Notes: generated by a model not told the origin, from the letters alone. A DNA stretch of 62,002 nucleotides, filler included, from Dugesia japonica (GCA_001938525.1; 5 parts of 5 records of this genome joined end to end with filler, not necessarily neighbours in it), one strand, 5' to 3'; shown: positions 13,190-26,518, counted from the first letter of the whole stretch. Numbers and translations are program-made.

Positions 13190-16100
13190 CGTCATAATTT
13201 TCTCCGTCTTTGCTTTGCGTATTAATGACTCTTTCATCTTCTTGATTAACTTCTATACCTCATTGAAAACTTGAACATTTCCCAATTGTCGCTCGCTGAT
13301 TTTAGAATAATATTCATTCCATACTTCTTTATCGTCTTTATTTACTTGCTGTATCGTGATGACTCTGACTATTCTCAAAATATCATTTTGATAACCAAAT
13401 ATTTCCTTAAAATATGACACATTATCATGCTTTCTCCTTTGATTAATTTGTTGTAATTCTGCAATTGATTTCTGTTCAACAATCTTTGAAAATCTTCAGA
13501 CATTCTACATTCAAATCAGAATTATTCTGATTACGCACGGATTAAATAAATATAATTGCCTATTTACTTTTACTATACTTTTACTGTTTTTGATTTTTGA
13601 AATACAAGTTTTTTTGCATAGTAATACAGTAACTATTAAGCACAATGTTTTTACAATAATCTACATTTTGGCTTCCGTTGTCATACATTACCCTCTTCTC
13701 TGTACCACACCCTTTCACTCATCTCGATAGTCGATTAATTTGGGATAAAATAAGCCAGGCATTATAGGCCTATAATTCCTTGATGTCTTAAATCCTCTCT
13801 ATTTTGTTAGTTCCACTAAAGGTTTGTATGTAAAGATTCTGATTCATGCTTCAACTTGACTTGTGCTGGAAATTTCTTTTGTGAACCAGTCCTTACCAAG
13901 TATTTCATTCATTTATCAATAAAATTCTCTTGTTGCTTATTTAATACATTCGACGGCATTCTTGTTAACTCGATTTTAGTTGTCGTTTTTACATACCTTA
14001 TTGTCGTAGTGTTTTTCATTTTGCTTTGTATACTTATTTCCATCGTACTACTCTTTATTAATGTTGTCACTGTTATTATCGTTTTCGAATACGTTTTCTT
14101 CGTTGATCCTTCTGTTGTTGATTTGGCTTTTGTTGTCTTCGGATATGTTTTTATTGCTGTTTCTATTTTTGTCGTTGGTTTGACTGGTAGGGCCTTTTGA
14201 CTCTGGGGTAACTGGTCTACTAATATATATTCCCAATTCTAACCACTCTTCATTTTTTCGGTTAAGTTTCATCACCATTTCGTATTAGTTATGTTTCCAT
14301 TGGTATTCCTGTAATAGCCCATCTTGAGTTCAAGCTGTTAAAGATTGATATTGCGTAATCCAAAACATCTATTTTCTTCTACGCAACACTTGGAACGTGA
14401 CATTTGCATTTTCGTGGGTTCTTTGATTCCTTTCGTCTACAATACTCATTTTCATATCAATCATAGGCCACACTCCTTTTTGTAAAGTGGCTTGTTGTCT
14501 ACATTTATATATAATGGGAATTGGTTCCATTGCATTCCAATAACTACCCGCGGTTCAATTTTTTAGATTTGTGAGATATACTTTGCCTGTTTCCTCTGGC
14601 ATTTATAATTGTCTCTGGGCCAGACTGGCTTATCCTGATACAGCGTGGAATATAACTCATGAATGTTTTTGTTTATTCTCTCATGAGATTGTTAATTGAA
14701 AGTTTTGTTTTGTTAAATCCTTGAATACTCTATTGCTTTCTTGCATCTCTTCCATTATTTGTTTTTTTATCCGTCAATTGCTTGTGAACCCTTTTCATAC
14801 GCTCATCAAACAGCGAGTCACTCAAATTACTCCCCCCGTTTAAAGAATCGACTTCTTCATCGGTACCTTGCATCTTACGCTTAGTCTCATTCCGCCGTTT
14901 CATTGGTTTCGTTGGTGTCAAGGATTCTTCTTTATCATGGAAGGCCTTGATTAACTTCATCTGCTTCCTTGATTCACGCAACACATTTTTGGTATCTTGT
15001 AATTGGCAACACATGTTGATCGCACATTTCAAATACAATTCTTTGTATACCACTTTTAAGACTGGTAGATCCACTTTGACTTTTTGGTTTACAAAACTAA
15101 CGCAGTCTGCACTGTCCCACACTCTGGTTTCAATTAAACATTGGCTTTCTTTCTCAGTTACCATCATTATTTGTTGTCTGGATCTAATCTAAAATCAATT
15201 TTCATCATCAATTAACCTTGTTCTGAAGCTAACTCGTTTTTTCATTTTAACTTTTGGTTTGATCTCCTCTTCTCTTTCCTCTGTCATTGGCTTGTTATTG
15301 ACTCGTTTCACTCTTTCGACTGTTTCCTCATCACTTCCTTTATTATTGTCTTCCTCCTTTGCTGCTAGTTTACATCTCGATACATGAACAATAATTGACT
15401 TCTTGAGTGGCTTTTTCACTTCCTTCATATTTAGATTTGTAGATGTTGTTTCTAAATCTAGAGAAGGTCCTTTATTGGGTCGCTTTAATTTGTCTGTAGT
15501 TCCGATTTCAATTGTTGGTGTATTGATTAATACCATATCCCCCTTTTTTAACGTATGGGACTTTGTATCTCGATCCTATTACATTCTCGGCCGTACATTA
15601 ATTTAAAAGGTGACGCTTTTGTTGCCGGATGTTCTCCTATCTTACATGCAAAAAATACAAGTTTAAATGTTTGCCTCAATTTTTCTGTATTTTCGTCGCA
15701 TAGCTCGATAACATTTTAGTCAATTTTTGATTAAATCGTTCTGTCATTCCGTCCGTTTGTGGATAATACGCTGAGGTACGTACTTTGTGAATATTAAAAT
15801 AGCTAGTCACTTCCTTTATTAATTCGCTCATGAAATTTTTCGGTTGATCTGTCAATATCTTCTTCCGTGGTCCGTACCGACTAAATAATTTATCTACTAA
15901 TACTCTTGCAATTGTCGACGCTTTGTGATCCTTAAATGCAAATGCCTCTGGAAATTTTGAATAATAATTTACTTCTGTTAAAATATGCGTTTTTCCATTG
16001 TCTGTTGATGGGAATGGTCCAATTATGTCCATCTCAATTATATCAATCGGTATATCTGCCACCTCGCTTCTTTAAATGTTCCTTCATTGCTTTGCTACAC

Positions 16101-18719
16101 TCCACGTTACTTAAATCAAAGTGAGATATATATTCCAAAACTATTTTTACCTTCTTGTCCTTATCTGGGTCTCTTTTAAAACCGGTGAAATCTTTATTTT
16201 CTGCCAATATCATAATTAGAGATCGTATATCTCGGTTCAATAACTGCTGTAGGTCTATCCATTCACCTCTTATCACATTACCTTTTACCACTTCCTCTGG
16301 TTCATATGTGAATTTCGCCCTTGACATATAATATGCATTTGAATTTGCTTTTACAGTTTTGTTTACTAACGGCTAGTATTCTTGTAGCTTCATCGCCCAT
16401 CTTGCTATTTAATTTGCTTGTAAGGGTTTTGCTCAATCATTGTTATCGGCTGATGATCTGAATAAATTTCTAATGAATGTACAAGTATTAATTGATTAAA
16501 ATGTTTTACAGCCTTTACTATTGCCAATAATTTTAGTTTAGGGGTACTATTATTCTTTTCCGATCCTTGAAACATTTAACTAAACAATCCGATAACTCAT
16601 TCTTGACCTTTCTCATCTAATTGACTCAATACTGCTCCTATAGCATAACTACTTGTATCGGTTGCCGGTATAAATGGCTCCATAAAATTTGGTTGAGTGT
16701 TTTGTCACCGCACACGTATCCAATTCATTATTTGTTCACGCAAAAATATCTCTAAACTCTTTCAATAAGTTTATTAATCGTTCTCCGTTGCTGATAAAAT
16801 AGTTTATTCCACTTTAAACGTTCGATTCACTTCTTCAGAGTTTGTAGGTATTTCAATTTCCATTCGCTTTGCCATTTCATTTTTAATTTCTCGTAATCAA
16901 TGTTTATCATATTGTCCATCTCTGCCACATCATCTTTCAATAGAATAAATACTCCTAATTTTGAATTTGGATATATTGTTATGTTCTCTTTTGTCATATT
17001 CAGTACATTCACTGGTACCTTTCCTTTGGTACCTATCTGTCTTCTGCGCGCAATTTATTTCGTTTCGAGAACACCTCTTTTTTCGTTTGTATACACTTCA
17101 TTATCTTCCTCATACAAATTCTCTCTAGAATTCAATATTTTTAATGTTTTCATATCTAGAACTACATTTCTCATCAATCTTGAAATTAGATCTGTTTACA
17201 AAATACAATCTTCACTCAAATGCATTACTGTCATTTCATGAAATACTATTTTCCCTTGATATTAGACTTTACAGCGCAATTTTCTATATATCTCTGGTTG
17301 CCACCTATGAGCTAGAAATATTTCTGAATTATTCTGTAAAACATAAGGTCACTGTGTTGGTAATACTAAATTATAGTTTAATACTGATATTGTTGCTCCG
17401 GTATCTAACAATACTGATAACATTCTACCATCCATTTTTAGATCTATCAATATTTATAGTTCCAACTTCAGAATAATTATAACACACATACTCTTAGTTT
17501 TCCGTTAGGGGAATTTTAGTTGTATTTCGTGTTTCTGGTTTTAGTTCAAATCGTCTCCGACAATCTCTTGATAAATGCCCCATTAAATCACACACATAGC
17601 ATCGGTTTAATTTTTTACATTCCATTTTGGAATGCCCTTTCTTACCGCAAGCTATACAATATTTGCTTTTACTTCCACATTCTTTAGTTGTATGGTTTAG
17701 TCGTTGACAATTTATACTTCAAGTTGGATTAATTCCGACTTTCCAACATTGACTTGATAAATGACACCGATTACCGCAATGTACAAATTTTGCATGATTA
17801 TTTGTTAATTTCGTTCCATTTGGCTGCTCAAACAAATTCAAATCTAATTTACCACCAAAAAATAGCCTTCCCATCATATCTTATCCAGCAATACAATCGA
17901 AAACTAATTTCTGCATTACTTGCATTGGGTGCATAAAACTCACATTGCATTTCATTGACGCAAGACTTCTAGTATTCTTGTTTTTTTATCTCTTCACTAT
18001 TGGATATTATACTAAAATTAGTATCTTCAGGTCGTGTTGTTCCATTAATTTTGTTAGTCGTTATTCTACAAGATTTCTTTTTGCCCTCTTTCGCTGCCTG
18101 TATTCGTCGCTTGAGTTTCTCGAAGTTGTATTGTCGGCGAATCTTTTGTAATTCATCATTCGGATAGTAAATTAGCACACGATTTCCGGTTTCCAGATTT
18201 GTAATGTTGCTCCTCTGCATTCCGATATTCGTTCAATTTTTCTCCTTTTTTAAATTGTCTCTCGTCGTCACTTTGATATTTATTATGTTGTTTGTAATTC
18301 TTACACTGTTGTACTCCTATTTGATGTTATCCATAGAAATCGATTTCACTTCGGCCCAAATATTCGTAGATATTATCTTTTGCGATATTCTCATCTGATC
18401 GTTGATTTTGATAATTTTCCTGGAATAATCTCTGATCCTTTCCATATCCATACTTCGGTACAACTCCTCGTCTTTGGCGTTTACCATATGAATTATCATC
18501 ATTAGCATTACTACTGCTATTTTGTCGTTTCCAGGGATTAAATACATCAAAATATGACGTTTTCTTTGCCTTCCTTTTTTGCATTTCATCACAAATTGCA
18601 CGAATTTGTTCTACTATCTGCCTATCGCTTCCGCCCATTTGACTTAGAGATTGCAATAATTTCCTTATATTATGCAAATCGTTTGAATGACTGTTTAGCA
18701 CTACTTATTTTGCTCATGC

Positions 18720-19997
18720 TTGGAAAAATTCAATAACCATTGACCATGACATTTTCTTGCTTGTATAAATAGAAACAAGCTAATAATTGAGTCAGTAATA
18801 CTTTGATTATTTGCACAATAAATATTATTCCCCATAGTCCTGCCATTGCTTGCCTGAACACTATAAATTGACCCTACATTTTCTTCATTACATTTGCTGT
18901 TACCTGTTGAAAGTAATCTAGTGATAGTAATAATTCATAACTCGGTCTTCTTTCTGATTTAAACGCTCCTCCAGCAACATATACAATGTTAGATAAAATT
19001 TACATTCGTTTGACCGGAAATAACATATAACAGAGTTTTTACTTTATTATTTAAATATAAATGTAACTTGGAGTCTTGCGGCATCATTTCATCTCTCGCT
19101 ATTTCCAGTCTCCGTTTTGATACGAAGATTCTATTGAAATTCGTTTTCTAGGCAATTTCTTCACATTTGGCTTCAGATTTCTTTCAGATTAATCTGATCA
19201 TCTCATTTGCATTGCTTGCCATTAGTACGGTCGGGGTGTCAGACCACAACAGTGCCCCCTCCCTATGTTTCATTGCTTCGTCGCTTGTCCGACGGCTGGC
19301 ATTTTTTCCTCTTCTTTTGATTCAACAATTTTTTGTCCTCGATAATCATCAAACAAAACCTCTCTAAGAAACGACATTTTTGATGCTTGACTTAATATAC
19401 GAGAGTTGACTCTCCCGTGGTACACGAACTATCTGAGGCTAAACACATTGGACACACTTTCATCTTTTCCGTCGTGGTATCAAATAATGCAAAAAAATCT
19501 TTTTTTCCGCTTCATAACTTTTTATGGAGACAACTCTAGTTGCATAGCCTAATGGGCTAGTATATTTGCTTTGTACAAAAGTTCTTGTTGCATCCAAAAT
19601 CGATCCTGCTGCAAAAAGGCGGGTTTGTACTACTTGACCACTCTTGGCATTAATGATCTTACCTTCACTCACGTGGATTTTATTGGTTGAGGAGTACAGG
19701 TATTACTTCCATACCTGGGGATACGATTGCCGAATAACTACTTGATCCATATCAATACACAAATTTTTGCAGTTACTTTACATTCCATTACCTTTGTTTT
19801 GTAATAATCTGATTCTTGGTACACAAAATAATTCATTGATTTTTGTACTACTACCAACATTTCTGGACTTATTCTTCTGCATCGATTAATGAATATACCG
19901 TTTCCCCAATATTCATATGATCACAATCGTAAGCTCGAATTGATGCAATTTGGCCCATTAAGAACATTAAAATTAACACTATGAACATTGACTGCAT
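18720..19997 (-). pseudogene. env: Envelope-like glycoprotein (chuvirus G / herpes gB-like class III type), degraded
   Basis: Signal peptide MQSMFIVLILMFLMGQIAS followed by IRAYDCDHMNIGETVYSLIDAEE; then YQESDYYKTKVMECKVT, LFAAGSILDAT, CLASDSSCTTGE, KCEEIA*KTNFNRIFV, LHLYLNNK, LFPVKR and a TM region KM*GQFIVFRQAMAGLWGIIFIVQIIKVLLTQ. Motif order follows chuvirus-like glycoproteins; stops, frameshifts and one large internal deletion. Confidence 0.75.
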
Positions 19998-20059
19998 ACT
20001 GCTCGTTCCCGTACTTTTAATAAAGCATGTACTAGTTCGTTAAATTTGTGATGCGAATT

Positions 20060-20393
20060 CGTTTTTAGTTTAATCTTTTTGATTATTCCGTTCCATACTC
20101 CGACATTCACTAATAACGGTTCAATTCGATAGTTTATTATTCCGATTATCTGCAAGGCGCTTAACTGTTATTTTATTCCTGGTCTACATCTGCGTTTGTT
20201 TTACTAAATATGCAAGTGTCACCAACAACGGTGACATTGTCGGACAACTTGACAATAATCCTTGCACTTCTTTTTCCATTGTTTTTCGATCTTCCATTGA
20301 TGTACATTTTGCTACTGTTAGTTTTGCTATTATTGGTTCCAATATCGTTGCTAATTGTATACATGCCATTGCCAAATTAAACTTCCAATCCAT
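20060..20393 (-). pseudogene. Possible divergent Bcl-2-like domain in the giant element
   Basis: ORF 20184-20393 is helical (...TMEKEVQGLLSSCPTMSPLLVTLAYL, BH1-like spacing). After one stop and a frameshift it reads KRLAD/IIGIINYRIEPLLVNVGVWNGIIK, resembling BH2 (HLEPWIQENGGWD). Confidence 0.45.
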
Positions 20394-20552
20394 AGTTTTA
20401 AATCTGGATACAACTCTAGTTATATCTGGAATACTTGTTTCTCGGTTAATAACGTGTGTGGTTCTAATTTCTCCATTATTCTGATAACAATTCAGTCATT
20501 TGTTCATCTCTGGTTGGTTTTCTCCTCATTGGACTACTTGCTGTTGCTACAT

Positions 20553-20820
20553 ATTCTCCTCGGTGAGATTCGCATTTTTTGTTTGAAGATACTTGATACT
20601 TTTTGTAGGTTCTGAATATCACTCTGATACTGTTCCCGTTTAAAACTCTTGGGCTGTATTTCTCGAACTAATCTATCGTTACGTCTTTGTAAAGTATTCA
20701 ATTTCTCTTGCTTCGTTTGTTGATTGGTAATCATGGCTTCATTGTTAACTTTGATTGTCTTTTCTAACATTTTTATCTTTTTATTCTTCCATTTTATTTG
20801 CGTTTCTAATTCATGAATTC
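20553..20820. repeat. Direct repeat copy 2 (~267 bp, coiled-coil coding)
   Basis: Highly similar to 12265-12531. Confidence 0.95.
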
Positions 20821-23459
20821 TAATAGTTGATCCACCCTGGCTTTATTAATGCTTTCTCTTGAATTTTTTATATAAATTGATTTACTAGATCCATTGCTTC
20901 TTCACTATACTTTTTCGATTTGCCGGTCATTACCGCTACCATTTTCTGTGATCTGCTCAATTCCTGATTTGTTTTGTATTGTCAATGTAATCTTGGTCTC
21001 TGCTGTATTACCGCAATTGTTTTTGGACCCCAAAATCCGATCCAATGGTTGTTTCCACGATCATCATCTTAATTTTTATTAATTCAGAACAATTTCTTTG
21101 ATGTTTCTATAGTATATCATAGTGATAGTGCGCTTCCCAATCGAGATTCAGCATTCTCCAATACGTTTGTTTCGGAATTAACTCTTTTCTCTCCAATATA
21201 ATACCCACGTATTTATTTATTGCAGCTAAATTATGATAATAATCCTCATTACTATCCTCTTCGACTGTAGCTGGCGGTTCACTCGGCTCACTCACACTTC
21301 CTACGCCCAAATTACTCAATTGTTTTTCACTTATTTCCCCTCTATTTATTAATTTATTCAAAAATGATCTTATCATACAAACTTTGGCTGGTCCTGGTTG
21401 CGTTCTCGATAACTGCTCATCCCTAACTTAGATAGAAGTTTTATTAACAACACTCGGTACTTCTGCTTTAGCTAATTCAATTGACTTGGTTGCCTGTGGT
21501 GTTCGCTTTTCCAACAATGGCGCGAGATATTTTATTTGACATTTATTCAATGAAATCATTATATTTTCAGTGGTTCTAAAATAGAAATGAGGTCAAATTA
21601 GTTCGTTATATAGACGCATTCTCTGACTTTCTAACAACGTAATGACCATAGTGCTTCCTGATTTCAAGCCATATTCATAAATATATTCCTTTAAATCATT
21701 TCTGCTAACTACTGACACTGGTGTACAAATAATATATTCACTTGTGGGTTTTGCCTATTCAATTTCCTCCAAAGCATCCATTAAATTCCTTACTGCCGTA
21801 ACTTTTAATTTCATGACGCGTGGGATATTTCACTTTGTTGCCGCTGGTACCTTTTTTAAGACCTGATCCATCGTGATGTATGTNGTTTGACCTTTATTGG
21901 ATCTTCAGGCTTCCATTGCTTTGATTTTATAATCATCCACTGTCGTATTCTCCAACAACGCTTTCTCATATTCTAAAATTCATTATTGGCATGTTGCTGT
22001 ATCAATATTTCTTGGCTACGCTAACTCAACTAAATGATTTTTTAACTTCCAATATGCTTTTTAGTTAATTCATCTTTCAATAATTTAGTATCTTTTATCA
22101 GCGTTTGTACATAATCATACACTCGTGATTTTTATTTAACCGTGCTTTCGACATCACTTGATTACTTTTTCCATATTCCGATACATGTGCTTTACCTTTA
22201 TCTTGCTTCGTGAACACAAAACGTAATCTCTGATAAGCTTTGAGTATACTAATTCCTTAATGTTCGTAATAAACCACCCACAGTAGTATCTTGCAGCAAA
22301 ATTCTCCTGAGTATCTCTTGATGTTTCAATTTAGTTGAATCTTCATATGTGGCCAATTTGTAGGCATTAATGTTGTAATCGTTTGGTTTCGTAATTATGT
22401 TGTGTATGCTTAAAATGTTTCATCTCTTATTTGCCTTTGAACCACAAATTCTTGAATTTCTTGTCTTTGCAGCATTAATGGTTTGAAATTTTCTAATATT
22501 ACGTTCTTCGCTTTTTCACATGTATCGACTGGGTCTTCACAACCACTAATTTTATCCCAATAAATTGTTTTAGCTGAATCCTTTAAGTATAGAGGTAATC
22601 AATCTGCTGCTCTTTTGTCACTTTATTGACACGTTTGTATATGTATTCCATATGTTGCAATAAAATCATTAGATTTCTTAGATTGTCCATTAAAATAGTC
22701 TTCATTGAATTCGGTTTTCTACTTGAAACTCCGTTTTGATTTATGTCCACTGATACTTTTTTCCTCATCTGACAACTTAGAAGTCTTCTCAATTTCCTTT
22801 TTATTACTGGGGATTGACATGGTATAGGTATCACCTGATACTGAACTTGATTCCGAGTAATGATAAATTGTATTTGACGCTCTTGTCATAGGTATACTAT
22901 AACTAACTGTCAATATCTTCTAAGGATTGGCTCTTGAGTGACTTGGTTTGGTTATGGTATCAAATTTTTCTTGTACGTCGTCTTTAAACGGGAACAAAAT
23001 GGGTGATTTTGATGCTGAAATTGATAAAGTTTTGTTGAAATGCTGAGACGGTCTGTTGTACGAGACCGATTGCTTTACCTTGGCTGGATTGTGTCTTTTA
23101 ATTACGAATGATCTTCTTTGTGCAGTACTCTCTCTAAAATTGTATCGGGATCCTTGATTATCTATGATTGTTTTATTTGATTGGTTCGTAGTTAGATTGG
23201 TTTGTTTTGATCTATTCAGTTGTTAGAATATTGATTGTTTTGGTTTCTGAAATTAAATAATATGGCCTTACGGCTTCTGCACGCATTCAAATATTATCAT
23301 TGCATTCATTAATTGATTACTTTTATTTACTTTTATCTACTGATTGATACTTCTAATTACCAGTTGATACACTATGATACATTACCATACTCTATTTCTA
23401 TTACTTCAGCAGTGCATTTACGTAATTTACTATTATTACTTTATCATTTATTATACATA

Positions 23460-23527
<68 letters not shown>

Positions 23528-23689
23528 GTGTTACATCTGTGTTGCATCCTTTTGCAATAATTAATATTTTTACATAATATTTTCATTGATTACTTATNNN
23601 NNNNNNNNNNNNNNNNNNNNNNNNNNNNNNNNNNNNNNNNNNNNNNNNNNNATTATTATTTTATAATTTTGGTCAATGGAAAGGGATTA

Positions 23690-24890
23690 AATTCAATATT
23701 ACGATTTCATCAATTCTATTCAATTATAATTATCTTATCAAGCAAAAACAGAGATAAAGTTGATGCAGTTAGAAGTTACGAGAGAGTTACAAGTCGAAAT
23801 TATCAGAAACCTGTAGATTGTACAATGAATAGACATGTGGGTTAAAGGAAGGATAAACAAAATATTGAATGTTGGTTATGTCATAAGAATGGTCATCCTA
23901 AAGTAAATTATCTTACCAAAAAAGTGATAGAGTGTTGAAGTTGTCATAAAATAGGACATATAGGTTGAGATTGTCCAAATAAAAAAGTAGAAAAATGTGT
24001 TTGTGGTAGAAAGGTTGGCTATATTAGAAGGTTTTGCCAAGAAGTGAGGTGTAAACGATGTGGTAATGGTAGACATACGACAGAAGAGTGTTACACAAAT
24101 TTGAAAATGAAATATACAAGTGAGACATTTATGACTGCCAAAAGATCAAAAAACTGATATAATCGAGTACATACGATTGAAGATGAAGATGTCAATACAA
24201 ACGATGGATATGAAAAAGTATATGAAAGTGATTCCAAAAAGTAGTACTCAAAAGGCAGTGCTCCACCAGTAGAGGAGTTGATAGGAGCCATCCATTGCTA
24301 AATAAAGGGATTGATTATCCTTAAGGGGTAGAAAAGTGAGATGATATCGGGAAAGTTACAGAAAGGTATACAAGGTTTTTAAAGATTTAAAGTTTTTCGA
24401 ATGATAGAAAAGTAGAATAAGTTTTGACAATTGAAGCAGAACAGAACACAAATATTGTGTACCATAAATTGCAAGGCATGCCAAGTGTTACAGTATTAGT
24501 TCAAGGGAATAAATTTGAATGTTTATTTGATAAAGGGGATTAAATTAACGTTATGAGTTTGAATTGTTTTAATAAATTACGAGAACTACATTTAAAAATG
24601 AATGATGAAAGATTGCATTGTGCAAATAATAAAAAAATCAAGAATCTTAGAGCAGTTGTGTAGTGGACCAAGAAACAAGAAATTAGAATGAACAAGTGAA
24701 ATAAACGATACTTTTGTGGGTCTAAAGAAAACGCTAATGACTGCGCCTATATTGTGTTTCCAGACATAAAGAAAGAATTTATATTAGACACAAATGGCAG
24801 TTTTGGTACAATGGTCAAAGAGAGATTAAAAAGGTAAAAAAAGAGTTGTTGCCTATGGATCACACTCAATGACGAAAACGAANAAAAACA
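23690..24890 (+). mobile_element. Gypsy remnant with multi-knuckle gag, protease and RNase H pieces
   Basis: CWLCHKNGH, C*SCHKIGHIG*DC and CKRCGNGRHTTEEC knuckles; ECLFDKG..INVMS protease; LMTAPILCF...FILDT RNase H start. Confidence 0.8.
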
Positions 24891-25279
24891 TTCACCGAGA
24901 AAATTCCCAACTAAATACACATCAAAATTTCTGCCACTTAAAAAGCATATAAAATTCTACTGCTTTGAACCCTATAAAATTTTTCCTAACTAAATACATA
25001 GTAAAAAAGAAAAATACTGGATCACTTATATAATAATCTCGCGACGAAATAAATCTCACACACATAAATTTTGTTCTCGCCTAAATACACATAAAAAGTA
25101 CTGCATCACTTATGTAATAATCTCGCGACGAGATTAATTACATTATGCAACGCACACAAATGTGTGCCACCGCCTATTTACATTAGAAAAATCCTATATC
25201 ACTTATTTAATAATCCGATTACGTCAATTGGCGGGTGGGTTCGCACACAAGTGATACAGTCCGTCACTCCCCTACTACT
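24890..25279. mobile_element. Probable Polinton/Maverick terminal inverted repeat remnant
   Basis: GC-richer end ...GTCACTCCCCTACTACT (reverse complement AGTAGTAGGGGAGTGAC), the typical Polinton terminus; internal repeats CTAAATACAC and ATCACTTATnTAATAATCTCGCGACGA. Confidence 0.5.
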
Positions 25280-26518
25280 TTTGAAGATNNNNNNNNNNNN
25301 NNNNNNNNNNNNNNNNNNNNNNNNNNNNNNNNNNNNNNNNNNNNNNNNNNNNNNNNNNNNNNNNNNNNNNNNNNNNNNNNNNNNNNNNNNNNNNNNNNNN
25401 NNNNNNNNNNNNNNNNNNNNNNNNNNNNNNNNNNNNNNNNNNNNNNNNNNNNNNNNNNNNNNNNNNNNNTAGTAGTGTGTATTGATTATTATTTTTATTT
25501 ATTAATATTATAAATATTAGTATTATGTAAGATAATTAATGAAATAAACTTTTACAAATTATTTTAATGATTGAATTAAAAAATTAAATGTTGGATAATA
25601 AAATCTTAATCGAAAATAAGCAGTTATAAAATTGCAAAATCTCTTAAATTCATTAAAAGATTTCAATTAAAAAAATTAATTCATATTTCTTGACGGCGTT
25701 TAATCTATGCGAAAGAAAAATATTTCTATTTTATTGAGATATAAAGTTGAAAATGCAAACAAAGTAGAAATAATAATAATAAAGTTAATTGTCATTATAA
25801 GTTTTTAATGTTCTATAATTAAATGATAATATTATTTCTATTATCTTTTCATTTATTTTATAAGTTAAATGTGTTGAGTTGCCGATTCCACCAAGTTAGA
25901 TTCAAGTGCGTCTACAGAATAGACGTAAGAAATCGATAACCCAACTTTAGAAAAATCTTTATCCACAGTAATATTAACTCAAAATCCACAAAGTTTTATT
26001 GTAATAACACTTAAATCGGTAGATTTAACAATTAACTCTTCGACCACAAATGCCGAATTTTTGCAAAATTAAATTCAATATAAATAGTAATCATACACAC
26101 TAAACCGTACATTCACAAAGAAAAAGATCCAATAAAATGTTTTATCAAGTTATGATCNNNNNNNNNNNNNNNNNNNNNNNNNNNNNNNNNNNNNNNNNNN
26201 NTTAATTAATTAANNNNNNNNNNNNNNNNNNNNNNNNNNNNNNNNNNNNNNNNNNNNCTACTATAGCTTTTATTAATAATTAAAATTGTCCAGATATTAA
26301 AATTCTTTGATTTTAGTTTACAAGGGTTCCGTCAAAAATTTGAAATCAAAATGAGTGCCGCAGTGAAAAAGGTTTTAGAAACGTTGCTTTATCTTGTAAA
26401 TATTTGACATAATATAATACTGAAATTGAAATTTAAGATTTTTTCATTAAGATAGGATTTAGAAATTTAATTCTAAATCTAATCATAATAATCATATTTT
26501 AATAATCACTAATCAAAC

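Larger units (their letters stand above)
10735..23460 (-). mobile_element. Decayed giant Ty3/Gypsy retroelement with env-like glycoprotein and accessory domains (resembles planarian Burro-type giant elements)
   Basis: Minus-strand translation gives capsid (LPLYLKDSAKTIYW, ~22700-22100), four CCHC knuckles (~17800-17555), protease LLDTGATIS (~17415), RNase H TDTSSYAIGAVLSQ (~16670) and integrase (15676-16062: DIIGPFP, ILTDQ, TSAYYPQTDGMTERFN). RT is deleted at ~16696. Flanked by (TTA)n on both sides; no clear LTR pair seen. Confidence 0.85.

Noticed and set aside
13856-14200. Hydrophobic 114-aa + strand ORF resembling a membrane protein
   Set aside because: Antisense shadow of A-rich minus-strand retroelement coding sequence; the same applies to most + ORFs in 14-21 kb.
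12265-20820. The 267-bp direct repeats as the LTRs of the element
   Set aside because: They are coding-like, lack TG...CA ends, and the capsid lies outside the interval they bound.
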